Source: the human T2T-CHM13v2.0 reference genome, Homo sapiens. From it: DNA of 64,000 bases. Positions 1-12,546 of the stretch are shown in pieces (within the stretch, counting starts at the first letter, position 1; every line of letters begins with the position of its first letter). A model generated the notes under the pieces. It was not told the DNA's origin, made no database searches, and saw only the letters and a program-made list of their open reading frames with translations. The translations under genes were made by a program, and so were the position numbers. The stretch lies in assembly GCF_009914755.1 (NCBI RefSeq), contig NC_060937.1; one strand, written 5' to 3'.

Positions 1-243
1 AAAAAATGAACCTTGATCTTTAGTTCTCACCATTAGCAAAAATCATTCCAGGTAAGCTGTAGTTATAAATGTGAAAGGCAAGAGGACACAAAAGAGATGA
101 ACCATAAAGAAAGACATGATAAATTGAACTATTTTAATATTTAATTAAGTATTTACCTAAGACTTAAGTTACTTAATGTAAGTCATTTACTTATTTTAAT
201 CCTAAATTAAGACTTAATTCAGTTCATCAAAAGACACCAATGC

Positions 244-553
244 AGCCAGGCGCGGTGGCTCACGCCTGTAATCCCAGCACTTTGGGAGGCTGAGAAGAGC
301 GGATCACGAGGTCAGTAGATCGAGACCATCCTGGCTAACACGGTGGAACCCCGTCTCTACTAAAAATACAAAGAAAATTAGCCGGGCGCGGTGGCAGGTG
401 CCCGTAGTCCCAGCTACTCGGGAGGCTGAGGCAGGATAATGGCGTGAACCCAGGAGGCAGAGTTTGCAGTGAGCCGAGATTGCGCTGCTGCACTCCAGCC
501 TGAGCGACAGAGCGAGACTCCATCTCAAAAAAAAAAAAAAAAAAAAAAAAAAA
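244..553 (+). mobile_element. AluY, full length
   Basis: Dimeric Alu with AluY diagnostics (gatcgagaccatcctggctaacacgg; ggcgtgaaccc) and a poly-A tail. TSD aaagacaccaatgc at 230-243 and 551-564. Confidence 0.95.
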
Positions 554-642
554 GACACCAATGCCCTGTTAAGAGAGTGAAAAATCATGTCACAGAGTGG
601 GAGAAGATATTTGCCACACCTGTAATTTAAAAAGAACTCCAA

Positions 643-812
643 GGCTGAGCGCGGTAGCACACACCTGTAATCCCAGCACTTTGGGAGGCTGAGGTGGGCA
701 GAATCGCTTGAACTCGGGAGGCGGAGGTTGCAGTGAGCCAAGATCATGCCACTGCACTTCAGTCTGGACAACAGAGCAAGACTCTGTAAAAAAAAGAAAA
801 AGAAAAAAAAAA
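643..812 (+). mobile_element. Monomeric Alu (left-arm start fused to right-arm body; FRAM-like or intra-Alu deletion)
   Basis: 'cccagcactttgggaggctgaggtgggca' runs directly into 'gaatcgcttgaac...gcagtgagcc'. A-rich tail. TSD aaaagaactc on both sides. Confidence 0.85.
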
Positions 813-890
813 GAACTCATATTCAGAATATATGTTTAAAAATAAAGAAAAACTTATGACTAAATGAGAAAAAAAAATAAACAGCCCAAT

Positions 891-2030
891 TATGTCTTTG
901 TGTATCCAATCTGTTCTTCTTATAAGGATACCAGTCAGATTAGAATAGGGCCCACCCCAACAATGGCTTCGTTTCGTTTTAATTAAATACTTCTCTACGT
1001 ATTTCAGCTGAAGGCCTTATCTTCCAGCATAGTGACATTTCGAGGTATAGGGGCTTAGGGCTTCAATTATAAATTTTTGGGGGACGCAATTCAGTCCGTA
1101 ATGTTTCATTCTCTCAATCACCAGATTCATATCCTTCTCATATGGAAAATATATTTACCCCCATCCCAATGGCCCAAAAGTCTTAACCTGTTCCAGCATC
1201 CATTTCAAGTCTAAAGTCTTACCTAAAGACCATCTAAATTAGGTATGGGTGAGACTCAAAGTATGATTCATCCCAAGGTAAAATTTATCTCCACTAAGAA
1301 TCTGTGATACCGGACAAGTTATATGCTTTCTAAAATACAATGGTGGTTATATATTTTAAAAAGTCATTTGCACTCATATGTTCATTGCAGCACTATTCAC
1401 AATAGCAGTCACAAAATCAACCCAAGTGTCCATCAGTGGATGATTGGATAAAGAAAATTTGGTACATATACACCATAGAATACTACATAGCCGTAAAAAA
1501 TAATGAAATCATGTCTTTCATAGCAACACGGATGGAGCTGAAGGTCATTATCCTAAGTGACATAACTAAAAACCAGAAAATCAAGTACTATATATTCTCG
1601 CTTATAAGTGGGAGTTGGACAATGGGTACTCATGGACATAAAGATGGAAATAATAGACACTGGGGACTCCAGAAGTGGAGAGGGTGGGAATGGGGTAAAG
1701 ACTGAGAAATTACCTATAGGATACAAGTTTCACTATTTGGGTGATGGGTATGCTAACAGCCCAAACCTCACCATTACAAAGCATATCCATGTAACAAACC
1801 TGGACATGAACCCCCTGAATCTATAATAATAATTTTTAAAAAATACAGTCGTGGGACAGGCATAGATTAGATATTCCCATTCCAAAAGGGAGAAATGGAA
1901 AAGAAGTAAGAAGTGAGGGGTTTCACACTGGGGTGCCAGCCCTGCCATCTGGGCCCAGTAGAGTGGTGGCATCATGCCCTTGGCCCTCGGCAACATCCGC
2001 CCCTGATGCCCTGCAGCTGTGCAGCTTTGG
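891..2030 (-). mobile_element. MaLR MLT1-type LTR plus internal sequence, split by an L1PB insertion at 1347-1839
   Basis: LTR terminus 'tttttgggggacgcaattcagtcc' and MLT1-int phrases (ggtgagactcaaagtatgattcatcc; cccattccaaaagggagaaat). Confidence 0.7.
1347..1839 (+). mobile_element. L1PB-type 3' end
   Basis: L1 3' UTR (ggaatactac..., ataagtgggag, aaattacctataggatacaag...gtaacaaacc). Degenerate TSD aaaatacaatggtgg (1332-1346) and aaaatacagtcgtgg (1840-1854). Confidence 0.85.
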
Positions 2031-2090
2031 TTTATGTACTTTTCTGTACATATTTCATATATTTTACATTTTCTAAAGGATAAAAAAGTC

Positions 2091-2394
2091 GGCTAGGCGT
2101 GGTAGCTCATGCCTGTAATCTGAACACTTTGGGAGCCAAGACGGGAGGATCATCTGAGGTCAGGAGTTTAAGACCAGCCTGGCCAACATGGTGAAACACT
2201 GTCTCTACTAAAAAAATACAAAAATTACCTGGGTGTGGTGGCACATGCCTGTAATCTCAGGTACTCTGGAGGCTGAGGCAGGATAATTGCTTGAACCAGG
2301 AGGTGGAGGTCACAGTGAGTCAAGATTGCACCACTGCGCTCCAGCCTGGGTGACAGAGTGAGACTCCGTCTCAAAAGAAACAAACAACAACAAA
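2091..2394 (+). mobile_element. AluS (Sx/Sz-like)
   Basis: Dimeric Alu with an A/AAC-rich tail. Confidence 0.9.
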
Positions 2395-2677
2395 GAGTCA
2401 AGAACAGTCTTTCCAGAATATTTCTAGAACTGGAGTTATGCAAGTTATGCCTTTCTTTTCCTTGTTTCTAGTCTTAAGGGAAATGATTCTGTATTAAAAA
2501 TAAGATTGACTATTTATTTGGAAGAAAAATGAAGCTAGACTTTCCACTTATACCATGTACTAGAACAAATTTTAGATGTATTAATGCTCCAAATATAAAA
2601 ACCCAAACCGTAAAATTATTAGTAAAAAAATAGGAATATATTTTTATAACTTCGGGGTTTAAAATAGCTTTGTTAGC

Positions 2678-3747
2678 AATCCTAAGCAAAAAGAACAAAG
2701 CCAGAGGCATCACATTACCAGACTTCAAACTATGCTATAAGGCTACGGTAACCAAAACAACATAGTACTGGTATAAAAACAGATACATAGATCAATTGAA
2801 CAGAATAGAGAACTCAGAAATAAAGCTGCACACCTACAGTTATCTAATATTTGACAAAATTGAGAAAAACAAACAATGGGGAAAGGACTCCCTATTTAGT
2901 AAATGGTACTGGGATAGCTGGCTAGTCAAATGCAGAAGATTAGAACTGGACCATAATCAAATACCATCTCACACCAGTCAGAATGGCCATTATTAAAAAG
3001 TCAAAAAACAACAGATGTTGGTGAGACTGCAGGGAAAAGAGAACACTTTTACACAATGTTGGTTGGAAAGTAAATTAGTTCAGCCACTGTGGAAAGCGGT
3101 CTGGAGATTTCTGAAAGAACTTAAAACAGAGCTACTATTCAACCCAGCAATCCCATTACTGGATATATACCCAAAAGAAAATAAATTATTCTACCAAAAA
3201 GACACATGAACTTGCATGTTCATTGCAGCATTATCAACAACAGCAAAAACATGAACCAACTTAGGTACCCATCAACAGTGGACTGAATAAAGAAAACGTA
3301 GTACATATATACCATGGAATACTATGCAGCCATAAAAAATGCAATCATGTCCTTTGCAGCAACATAGATGCAGCTACAGGCCATTATCCTCAGCAGGAAC
3401 AGAAAACCAAATATTGCATATTCTCACTTATAAGTGGGAGCTAAACATTGGGTACTCATGGACATAAAGGTGGGAACTAACTTTTGGGTACTATACTCAA
3501 TACTCTGGTGATGGGATCATTTGTACCCAAGTGATCCGCCGAGGTGGGCGGGTCACTTGAGGTCAGGAGTTTGAGACCAGCCTGGCCAACATGATGAAAC
3601 CCTGTCTCAGCATCATGCAACATACCCAGGTGAAAAACCTCCACTTGTACCTTCTGAATCTAAAGTAAAAGTTGCAAAAGAAAAAAAAATAAAATTTAAA
3701 AAATTAAAGAAAATATACCTAAAAATATAAAAAATAAAAATATAAGC
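2678..3747 (+). mobile_element. 5'-truncated L1PA15/16-like element with internal deletions, inserted in an older L1M
   Basis: L1 ORF2 C-terminal peptides (ORFs 2796-2996, 3015-3209), 3' UTR and A-rich tail. TSD agctttgttagc at 2666-2677 and 3748-3759. Confidence 0.85.
3528..3608 (+). mobile_element. Internal Alu left-arm fragment with no tail or TSD
   Basis: 'gccgaggtgggcgggtcacttgaggtcaggagtttgagaccagcctggccaacatgatgaaaccctgtctc' embedded in the L1 3' UTR. Confidence 0.85.
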
Positions 3748-4204
3748 AGCTTTGTTAGCCTGACACCAAGCCCAAAAACTGCTAAAGGAAAACATAGACA
3801 GACTTGATTGTATTAAAGTGTAAAACTTCTGGATGAAAAAAAGCAGACCAGCATATATAAACTCAGATGCACTTGGGGCAAAGTAAAACAATTTGTTCCA
3901 TATAGGTCAGTTAACACCTTTAATATATAAAGAACTTCTATGAATCAAAAAAAAAAAGAACAATAAAAAGTAATAAAGGACACTAATAGACAATACAAAT
4001 GGTCAATAAACACTTGGCAAGGGGCAATCTCATTAAAAATACAAACTAAAACACAATATTGTTTTTCATCTATTATTTTAGCCTGGATAAAAAGCTAATA
4101 ATAATAACCAGGTTAAGGGAAGGTCTAGGAAAAAGAGGTAAAATGATCAGTTTAGAGGAGGATCTGAGGAAATAGAAAATTAGTATTACTATTCAGGAGA
4201 ACAA

Positions 4205-4205
4205 T

Positions 4206-4236
<31 letters not shown>

Positions 4237-4521
4237 TTTTAAGATGGAGTCTCGCCCTGTCACCCAGGCTGGAGTGTGGAGGTCCAGTCTTGGCTCACTG
4301 CAACCTCCGCCTCCTGACTTCAAGTGATTCTCGTGCCTCAGCCTCCTGAGCAGCTGGGACCACAGGCCTGAGCCACTATGCCCAGCTAATTTTTGTATTT
4401 TTAGTAGAGACGGGTTACACCATGTTGGCCAGGCCACTCGCAAACCCCTGACCTCAAGTGATCCACACACCTCGGCGTCTCAAAGTGTTGTGATTACAGG
4501 TGTGAGCCATCGCGCCAGGCC
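4205..4521 (-). mobile_element. AluS with (TTTA)n tail
   Basis: Antisense dimeric Alu. TSD ttcaggagaacaattta at 4192-4208 and 4522-4538. Confidence 0.92.
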
Positions 4522-5921
4522 TTCAGGAGAACAATTTAAATTATTCATCAGTTTTTCCACTTCTAGACATTCCACAGAAATAGAAATTCTTACAAAACTT
4601 TGGGAGGATATATATGTATGTGTGTGTTTGGATAGTTATTGATGCATTGGAAAAAATTAGAAACAACTTAGATGCTTATTCATATGGAATTATTTCTAAA
4701 AATGTCATTTATGTAATGGTGAGTTACATAGCCATAAAAAGAATGAGGTGGCTCCACATACAGTAGTGTGGAAAATGATAATAATCTAGCATGTAATCAA
4801 GTAAGTTATAGTAAGTACAGTCAGTACAATGCAATACCAGTAGTAAACACACACAGACACACACACAAGAAAAAACAGACCTGTAGATGGCCAGAAAAAC
4901 ATTTTCAAAGGAAATGTACCAGTTAAGTATGGTTATCTTTTGGGGGTTGAGATAGTAGAGGACATTCACTTTTCAGTTTATTGTTATAAAAGTTTGCTTA
5001 ATTTTAACATAATGTTTGTACATTATTTCATAGAAATATTTTCCAAAATAACAATTTTAAACAAAAATGCCCATGCTTCATAATTATTTTTAAAGTTTAA
5101 ATAAAGAAAAAAAGTCAAAGTAGTAACATAATTTGGGTATTGAAACCATATAAGGGAGTATTGGTAAAGAGCAGATGGAAGTAGACTGCTCAGAGATGGA
5201 GGAAGTTCACTATTTCAGGCACCTGAATCACAGCTGCACACCCAAGTATACGGTAAGACACGCAACTGAGGTTGAATCAAGGACAATCACTGATGGGAAA
5301 CAAGAGGAAAATTTAAAAGCAAAAATAAGGAAGCCAGATTAATCATTCAAGAATATTTTTCCCAACTGAAACGGTAACAGCAAGAAATTTTTAAGGAGAT
5401 AGAATTTTCCCTCAGGAGCATCCTCAAAGAACCTCCAAAAACTTGATTGTCAAATTTTTAACCCATGAAGACAAAGACAGGCTCTTACAAGCTCTTGAGA
5501 TGAGAAGAGTGGCCGCAGTAAAAGTGCTGTGTTGAGAAAGATTTCAGACCTTACCTTCAGGACACAGCACTGCAAGCTCAGCCAAGCTGGTCTTCTTTTA
5601 AGTCAGGATGAAACAGTTTTAAGGCGGAGACCCTAAAATGATTTTTCCACAAAATCCTACAGCTGCAAAAGGCAACAGAGATCTAAGAACAGGTGATTCA
5701 TTTTAAAAGGCAAATGGTTTAAGACACTTGCATGAAGAAAATGAGACCTTGTGAGTTAAGCAAAACACTGTGAGAAATGCAAAGTTGACATTAAATGTCA
5801 TAAACGCTGCTGTAAAAAAAAAATAATAAAAAAAAAGAAGTGCACTGGTGTTTGGGAAAAAAGAGCTAAACTTAACGATATCCTTAGATGAAAATAGTTG
5901 GGTTAAAATATACTGACGTTA

Positions 5922-6398
<477 letters not shown>

Positions 6399-6964
6399 TT
6401 GATGTTACAAACAGAAAAATGTCAATAGGCTGAAATCGTCTTTAGTATCATCTAAAGCAACGGTGCTTAGCTAGGCCGATGTTAGAATCACCTGAGAAGC
6501 TTTCAAAAGTATATCACTGCCCTTCTCTACCCTGGTCAATTAATTTAGAGTTTGGAACAAAAGCTTCAAGTTGAGGACAGAAACTACTAAAACAAAAGAT
6601 TTTTAAAAAAATAGCTGCTACAAGATTAATATACCAAATGATGGGGAGTATTAGACATATCATTTATAACAATAATCAGAATGGATGAAAAAACTACAAG
6701 AATAAAATAAAAATAAATGACAGCTAGAATGTTTATAATATATATTAAAAGGTGTTGATATTATTAATTTGTGAAAATCTTACACCCCATTTTGCAGACT
6801 TAAAAATTGGCAAAGGATATCAACAGCAATTTGCAAAAGGACATAGTACATGCTCAGTAAAAATGGGAAGGAAAAAAAGTGTAGCTCATGATAAGAAAAG
6901 CTAGCTAAAATGAGTTACCATTTTCATCTTTTAAACTCGCAAGTTTTTTTTAGAATTATAATTC

Positions 6965-7401
6965 TCTTTTTTGTATTTAACTTATTTTAAGTTAAGGGGT
7001 ACAAGTGCAGGCTTGTTACATAGGTAAACCTGTGTCACTGGGGTTTGTTCAGATTATTTACAGATTATTTCATCACCCAGGTATTAAGCCTAGTACTCAT
7101 TAGTTATTTTTCTTGATTTCTACCCCCTTCCACCCTTCACTGTCCAATAGGCCCCAGTGTGGGTTATTCCCCTCTTTGTGTCCATGTGTTATCATGTAGC
7201 TCCCACTTATAAGTGAGAACATAAGATATTTGGTTTTCTGTTCCTGTGTTAATTTGCTTGGAATAATGGCCTCCAGCTGCATCTATGGTGCTGCAAAGGA
7301 TATTATTTCACTCTTTTTTGTGGTTGCATCATATTCTATGGTGTATATGTACCACATTTTTCTTTATTCAGTCCACCATCAATGGGGACCTAAGTTGATT
7401 C
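6965..7401 (-). mobile_element. L1PA (PA12-14-like) 3' end, left half of the L1 split by the ERV
   Basis: Antisense L1 3' UTR ending '...gggacctaagttgattc'. The L1 consensus continues 'catgtctttgct' at 14373. Confidence 0.9.
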
Positions 7402-8502
7402 TGATGGCAGTGGCTGCTGCCATCATGCCGGCTGCCTCAAGGAGCGCATGTGGGGCTGCACACTCTATGGAGCTGGTGGGAGCCCTGCCCTTCTGGGTGT
7501 TGTGGATGTGAGCTGCAGTTGTGGATGTGAGCCTCCCTGTGCTCTTAGGGGAGCCAGGAACAGGCAGGATCTGCCCTCCCGGTTGCAGTTGCAGCTGCTG
7601 GACCCACTGCTGCAGACCTGGGCCTCCCACTCCAGGAAGCAGGCAGGATCCGGGGACAAGTGGGAGCCCTGCCTCTTCCAAGATGGCGGGACGGGAGCTT
7701 CCAGGCGCAGCTGCGGCTGCTCTCTCAGGCACAGGACCCAGGTGTCTCTGCAGTCTGCACCCTTGGGGGACCCAAGAAGGATCCCCCCCTCGCCCCCCCC
7801 CCCACCATCCCTGCAGGTTTGGTGGTGTCTGCTTCCTCTCTCTGCTCCTGGCACCTGCTCTGATCTTGGAGTAGGGGTTGGGGCCAAGGCCCGGGGTTAT
7901 GAATGGCAGCTGGAGGCAGATTAATTCCTGGGTGGAAAAGGGTGGGTCCCCAGTAAGGCCCCTCCTTGAGGCCAGGAGGGGCCTGAAGACTGGGGGTCGG
8001 GCTGCCAGTCCTGCAGACCTGAGTGGGGACTCATGGTGTCTCTTCCAGGCCTGCCCATGCCTGCCCCTGGGCCAATCTGCACACACTTTCTTCCCTCTGA
8101 GGTCCATAAGAACCCTGGGCTCAGCCAGAGGATGAAGAGGGCAGAGAGAGATGATGGGACAGGATCACCAGCTGCAGAGAGCAGTACCCTATCAGCTGAG
8201 AGCTGCATAGATGACTGACTGGCAGAGAGGAGTGACCCTCTCTATTGAGAGCTTCAGAGACCTGCAGAGACATCCGAATGACTTGGCTGCAGAAAAGAGC
8301 CACCCTCTTCAGGGCCTCCTCTCTGCTAAGAGCTATCCACTCCTCTGAGCTGTTCTAACACTAAATAAAACTCTACTTCTTCACCCTTTACTTGTTTGCA
8401 TACCTCATTCTTCCTGGACGCAGGACAAGAACCTGGGGCAAAGGTGTGGTGGCCACAGAGGTTTCCAGCCAGAAAAATCAACACCCCAGAGATCCCGTAA
8501 CA
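7402..8502 (+). mobile_element. MER52-family 5' LTR
   Basis: GC-rich LTR starting tgatggcagtggctgctgcc and ending gatcccgtaaca. Its first ~280 bp are homologous to 14101-14365. Confidence 0.85.
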
Positions 8503-8505
8503 CTT

Positions 8506-8523
8506 TGGGGGCTCATCTAGGAT
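8506..8523 (+). other. Primer-binding site for tRNA-Pro
   Basis: tgggggctcatctaggat versus canonical TGGGGGCTCGTCCGGGAT: 15/18 matches, and all three mismatches are at CpG positions. Confidence 0.85.
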
Positions 8524-11500
8524 CTGCAGAAGGGTGAATAAAAGTGAATCTGCTTTCTGTCCTTTTTTTCGGAGTCTCTATACTCCGTAATAGTCAAAAT
8601 GAAAGAAAAATACCGGGCCTCTGTCAGCCAGTTGAAAGCGACTAGCGTGGTTGCCAGACTTAAGACACAGAAGACACGCTTGCTGAGGAGGACACTGTCA
8701 ATCTCCCATCACCTTTGGGTGTTGGGAATGTTGGCTTTGTTCCAACCCAGTTTCCCTTCACAGAGGTCTAGCTATTGTGTGGGACTGGAAGGAGGTCCTG
8801 GGGCAACTGAAGGTATCTGGCCAAGGCCACACCTCTGTGTTATCCAAAGGCCCCTGGACTAACTCCAGTCCCCAACTGCCCATTAGGGTGTTGACACTAG
8901 GACCTCCGTCCGTTTGCGCTAGGACCTCCAGTCTTTCCTATTGTTTCTTTCTTGCTTTCTTTCCCAGCTGTCATGGTTCCTAGTTATTTTATATACAATG
9001 TTAAATGTTAAGGATGTTGTTGCAAACCAGAGGTATTATTGGGTAAAATAAGCATTTGGCTTAGTCATCAAAAGTATAAATTAGAAGATCAAGTGTAGCA
9101 CAGATGGGGCAAAGTGTACTTTGGTATCTGTAGGTAAATTTGTGGCAAAAATGTTCTTGTCATTTCCAATTTAGTGCCAAGCACCTTGAGGCACAGAAAG
9201 GTCCCAGGTCCCATATGTACAGGCCTTCTTTGCCTTTCAGGGTAGCCCAGACCTTTGCCAACATTGAGGATTGATTCAGCCCTCTTAGTGGCCATCTCAG
9301 GAGAGGCTGCAAGGGGCAATCTCAGGGAAATAGGGAAGGAAACCCCAAAGTTACCTCCAGGAGGGGAATCAACCCCCTCTGCTCCTTCCTATCCAGGTTC
9401 TCTCTCAAGCTTACCCCAGCCTAGGAATCCTGGTTTTAGGCAGGTCCCAGTCTCAACAGCCCCTACAATGGATGCCTGGTGAATATGGCCCCATTAAGGT
9501 CGAGGTCCCCTTTCTCTTCAGGGCTTATGTCAAATTAAGGGGATCTTGGTAAGTTTTCAGATGACCCTGATAGGTATATAGAGGCTTTCCAGTACTTATA
9601 CGAGTTGTGAACTCTCCTGGAAGGATGTCATGTTACTTTTGAATTAAACTGACCATCTCTGAAAAGCAGACCATTTTCAGCAAGTGGCAAAGAATTTTGG
9701 GGATGAACTTTACATCTTATCTACATAAGGGAAGAGGAGGAAACTTATTTAGTTGGAAGAATAGAAGTACCATTGGAGGACACTAAATGGGACCCCAATG
9801 ATAAAATGAGATGATGGAAGAAGTTATCCATGGTAGATCAGGGATCGGATGGGAGTCCCACTGCCTTCTTGAAAAGGATAAGGGTCTTAGTAAAACACAT
9901 CCCTCTGTCTCCTGATTCAATAAAGTGACAGCTAGTTCTAGGGGATGAGCTTATTACTCAGTTAGCTCCTTATATCAGGAGGAAGCTGCAGAAACAGGCC
10001 ATATAACCAGGTAGTACTTTAGAGGACCTCATAAAAGTGGCCACCTAGGTCTTTTACAATAAGAATCAGGAGGCCCAAGAGAGGGAAAGGAGACAAAGAA
10101 AAAGGCAGAGGCTCTAATAGCCACCTTACAGGCTCACAAACCCCAGAGTTTCTAAGACGCACCTGTTGACTGCTGCAAATGTGGACCACTGGAGGGTGGA
10201 CTGCTCCCAAGACACAGGTCGCTGGTTCCAGGGCTGGTCTTTCAAATGGTGCAACAGGGCTGGTGGGTCCCAGGGTTCCTTTCCCTGGCTTTGGTGATCC
10301 AGACTGCTATTGTTATCCAGGAGCGCTGGGTGATTCTGGGGATCGAGGGAAGGAGGATGGACCTCCTCCTGGACTTGAGTGGACCTTTCAGTTCTCCTTT
10401 CCAACCTAGGCCCCCCTCTCTTAGCACAACCATGAGGGGCTCAGGAAAAGCTCAACCTCTTCATTGTCACCTTCTTAGGCCAGGGCCTTAATTCCTGGAA
10501 CTCCCTTTATCTCCCTTGTTTGAGGAGGCCCTGGCCCCACAGCTTCACCTGCTTGTGATAGGAAGGTGATGGAGGAGTGGTCCTTGCCAGTTGCTAGATG
10601 CAATTTGTCAAGGGCTATCTGGGACTAATTTTAAGGGTTCATACACCCTCCTGAGGTACCTTTTTATCCAAAGCTTTGGTTTAAACCCTGGAATGGAACA
10701 CTAGACCTGAGGCAGATGACAGTGGGAGTTGAGGGGCACAGCTCAGGAGAGCATGACTAATTCCTGCTGATTAGGCCCTCCTGCTTCATGGATGGAGGTC
10801 ATGCTTGCATCCATGGTATAGATAAGGTCTAGGGAACTCAAAGGTTACCAATGGTGGGAGGCTTAGGCTTTGTTCAGATGAGTGTGAATATGCCTGTCAG
10901 TTATGCTGCCTGCTTCATGGGTGAAGGTCGCACTTGCACCCATGGTTGGCACCTGCACAGGTCGCCAGGACTCAGGAATATAAGGTTGGAAGAAGAAAGA
11001 GGGATGCCTTTTCTCCTTTCTGTCATGTACCCTGGGTATTTGCTGGGAAGAAAGAGGAACAAAGGGATGCCCTTTTCCCCTTTTCCCAGATGAGTAAGCA
11101 ACCAATCATTTTCAGCCTGCACTCCTTGAGTGCATCCTAAATCACTGGACAGGACTCCAGAGTCCTTGGCTCAGGCGAAAGGAACCCAGAAGCCTGACAT
11201 GCCAGCAAAAAGGTAAAGATTCTTGCCAGTTGGACTTCTGGCTTCTCTCTGTGCAAACTGGTTGCAGGAATAAAAATCACTGTATTGAGTGCAAAAGCCA
11301 GAAGTATTAACCATTTGGCATCGCTAAGGTGAGGTAATAGTTTTAAAAGAACTTAAAAAAGGAGCACTGTGATTAAAAGTTAGCTTAGTTAAAGTAGATG
11401 TTCATGGATATCCAAGCTATAGCTATATTTAAAAGGCCTTTGTCTTTTCTCTTGTTTGATCTTGTTTTTCTGGAAAAAGATTTTTTCTTGTCAATCAACT

Positions 11501-12501
11501 TAATTATCTTTCTTCATTTTTGTCTTGCCACTCTTGATGCACACATGAGGGGACCCCAAGATAATCTCTGGCCTCTTGGGAAAACAGAGGAGGTGCCATT
11601 GACCCATTTGGGGAAAAAACCTCCATTTTCCTCATGGAGCCCCAGGGATTAGAGGTGGATGTATCCCTCTCAAAATCTGTTTTTGTCTTCCAGCTATGCC
11701 TGCTTATTAGGCCATAGAAACTGCATGTTTTCTTGGCCCTGGTTCTTGAAGGGCTCCACCCCAGGGCCAGCAATGAAATTAGATCAGCACATGAAACATC
11801 TTACAACTACTGGATCTTCATCTCTTTGTCTGTGTAGATATGTATGTGTCATGTGTATCATATTTATATAAAAGAGCTCTAACTGATTGGCTTAAAGAAA
11901 ATAAGTGCTTAAATATTTTGAAAGATGAGTAAAGCTGTAATACCTTTTAGTTCATAGCTATCACTCTGGTGGAATGGGAAGCAAGGGAACACATGGGCTT
12001 AAAGCTCATAGTAGGGAAAACATAAAGTGACACCAGTGCCCATCTAAGGCCAGAGTAAGATTAGATCCCAAAGGGGATCCTTCGGACCCCCAACTCTCCA
12101 AAGGGGGTGCCCTTGGCAGAAGTTCTGAGGTCTAGTACTAAACCTTCCTTAGAATTTTCTCTCGCAGTTGCAATACTGTTTGGCCCCAATATTGTATGGA
12201 ATCTGGAGTTTATTGTTGAATGCGTAAGTGGAGTGGCATCGCATGTATCCAGGCTTTTGTGCTGCTGTTCTAAGCAGGGGGCCAGGTTAATGGGGTGATG
12301 TTCTCCTTTGGTGCTGTTTGGCCCCAGTGTCCTTTGGAGTCTGGGAAGGTTTGGCCTTTAAAAATCAAACTGCCATGGAAACTGCTTTACCTGAAATTTT
12401 GGTTCATAGTCTTCATTGGATTATCTATCGGGGCAAACAAAGTAAAACTGGTGAGCTTGTATTTCTATCTCATGGTTAGGGTTCCAAGCTATTGGATCTT
12501 A

Positions 12502-12502
<1 letters not shown>

Positions 12503-12544
<42 letters not shown>

Positions 12545-12546
12545 CA
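12503..12546. repeat. (TG)n microsatellite
   Basis: Directly visible in the sequence. Confidence 0.95.

Larger units (their letters stand above)
1..890 (+). mobile_element. Old L1M (L1MB/L1ME-type) ORF2 3' remnant, interrupted by two Alus
   Basis: Degenerate L1 ORF2 phrases such as 'cacagagtgggagaagatatttgc' and 'atattcagaatata...aaacagcccaat' continue across the Alu insertions. Confidence 0.6.

Noticed and set aside
7379-8107. 242-aa ORF and overlapping ORFs
   Set aside because: They lie within the GC-rich MER52 LTR and are compositional artefacts.
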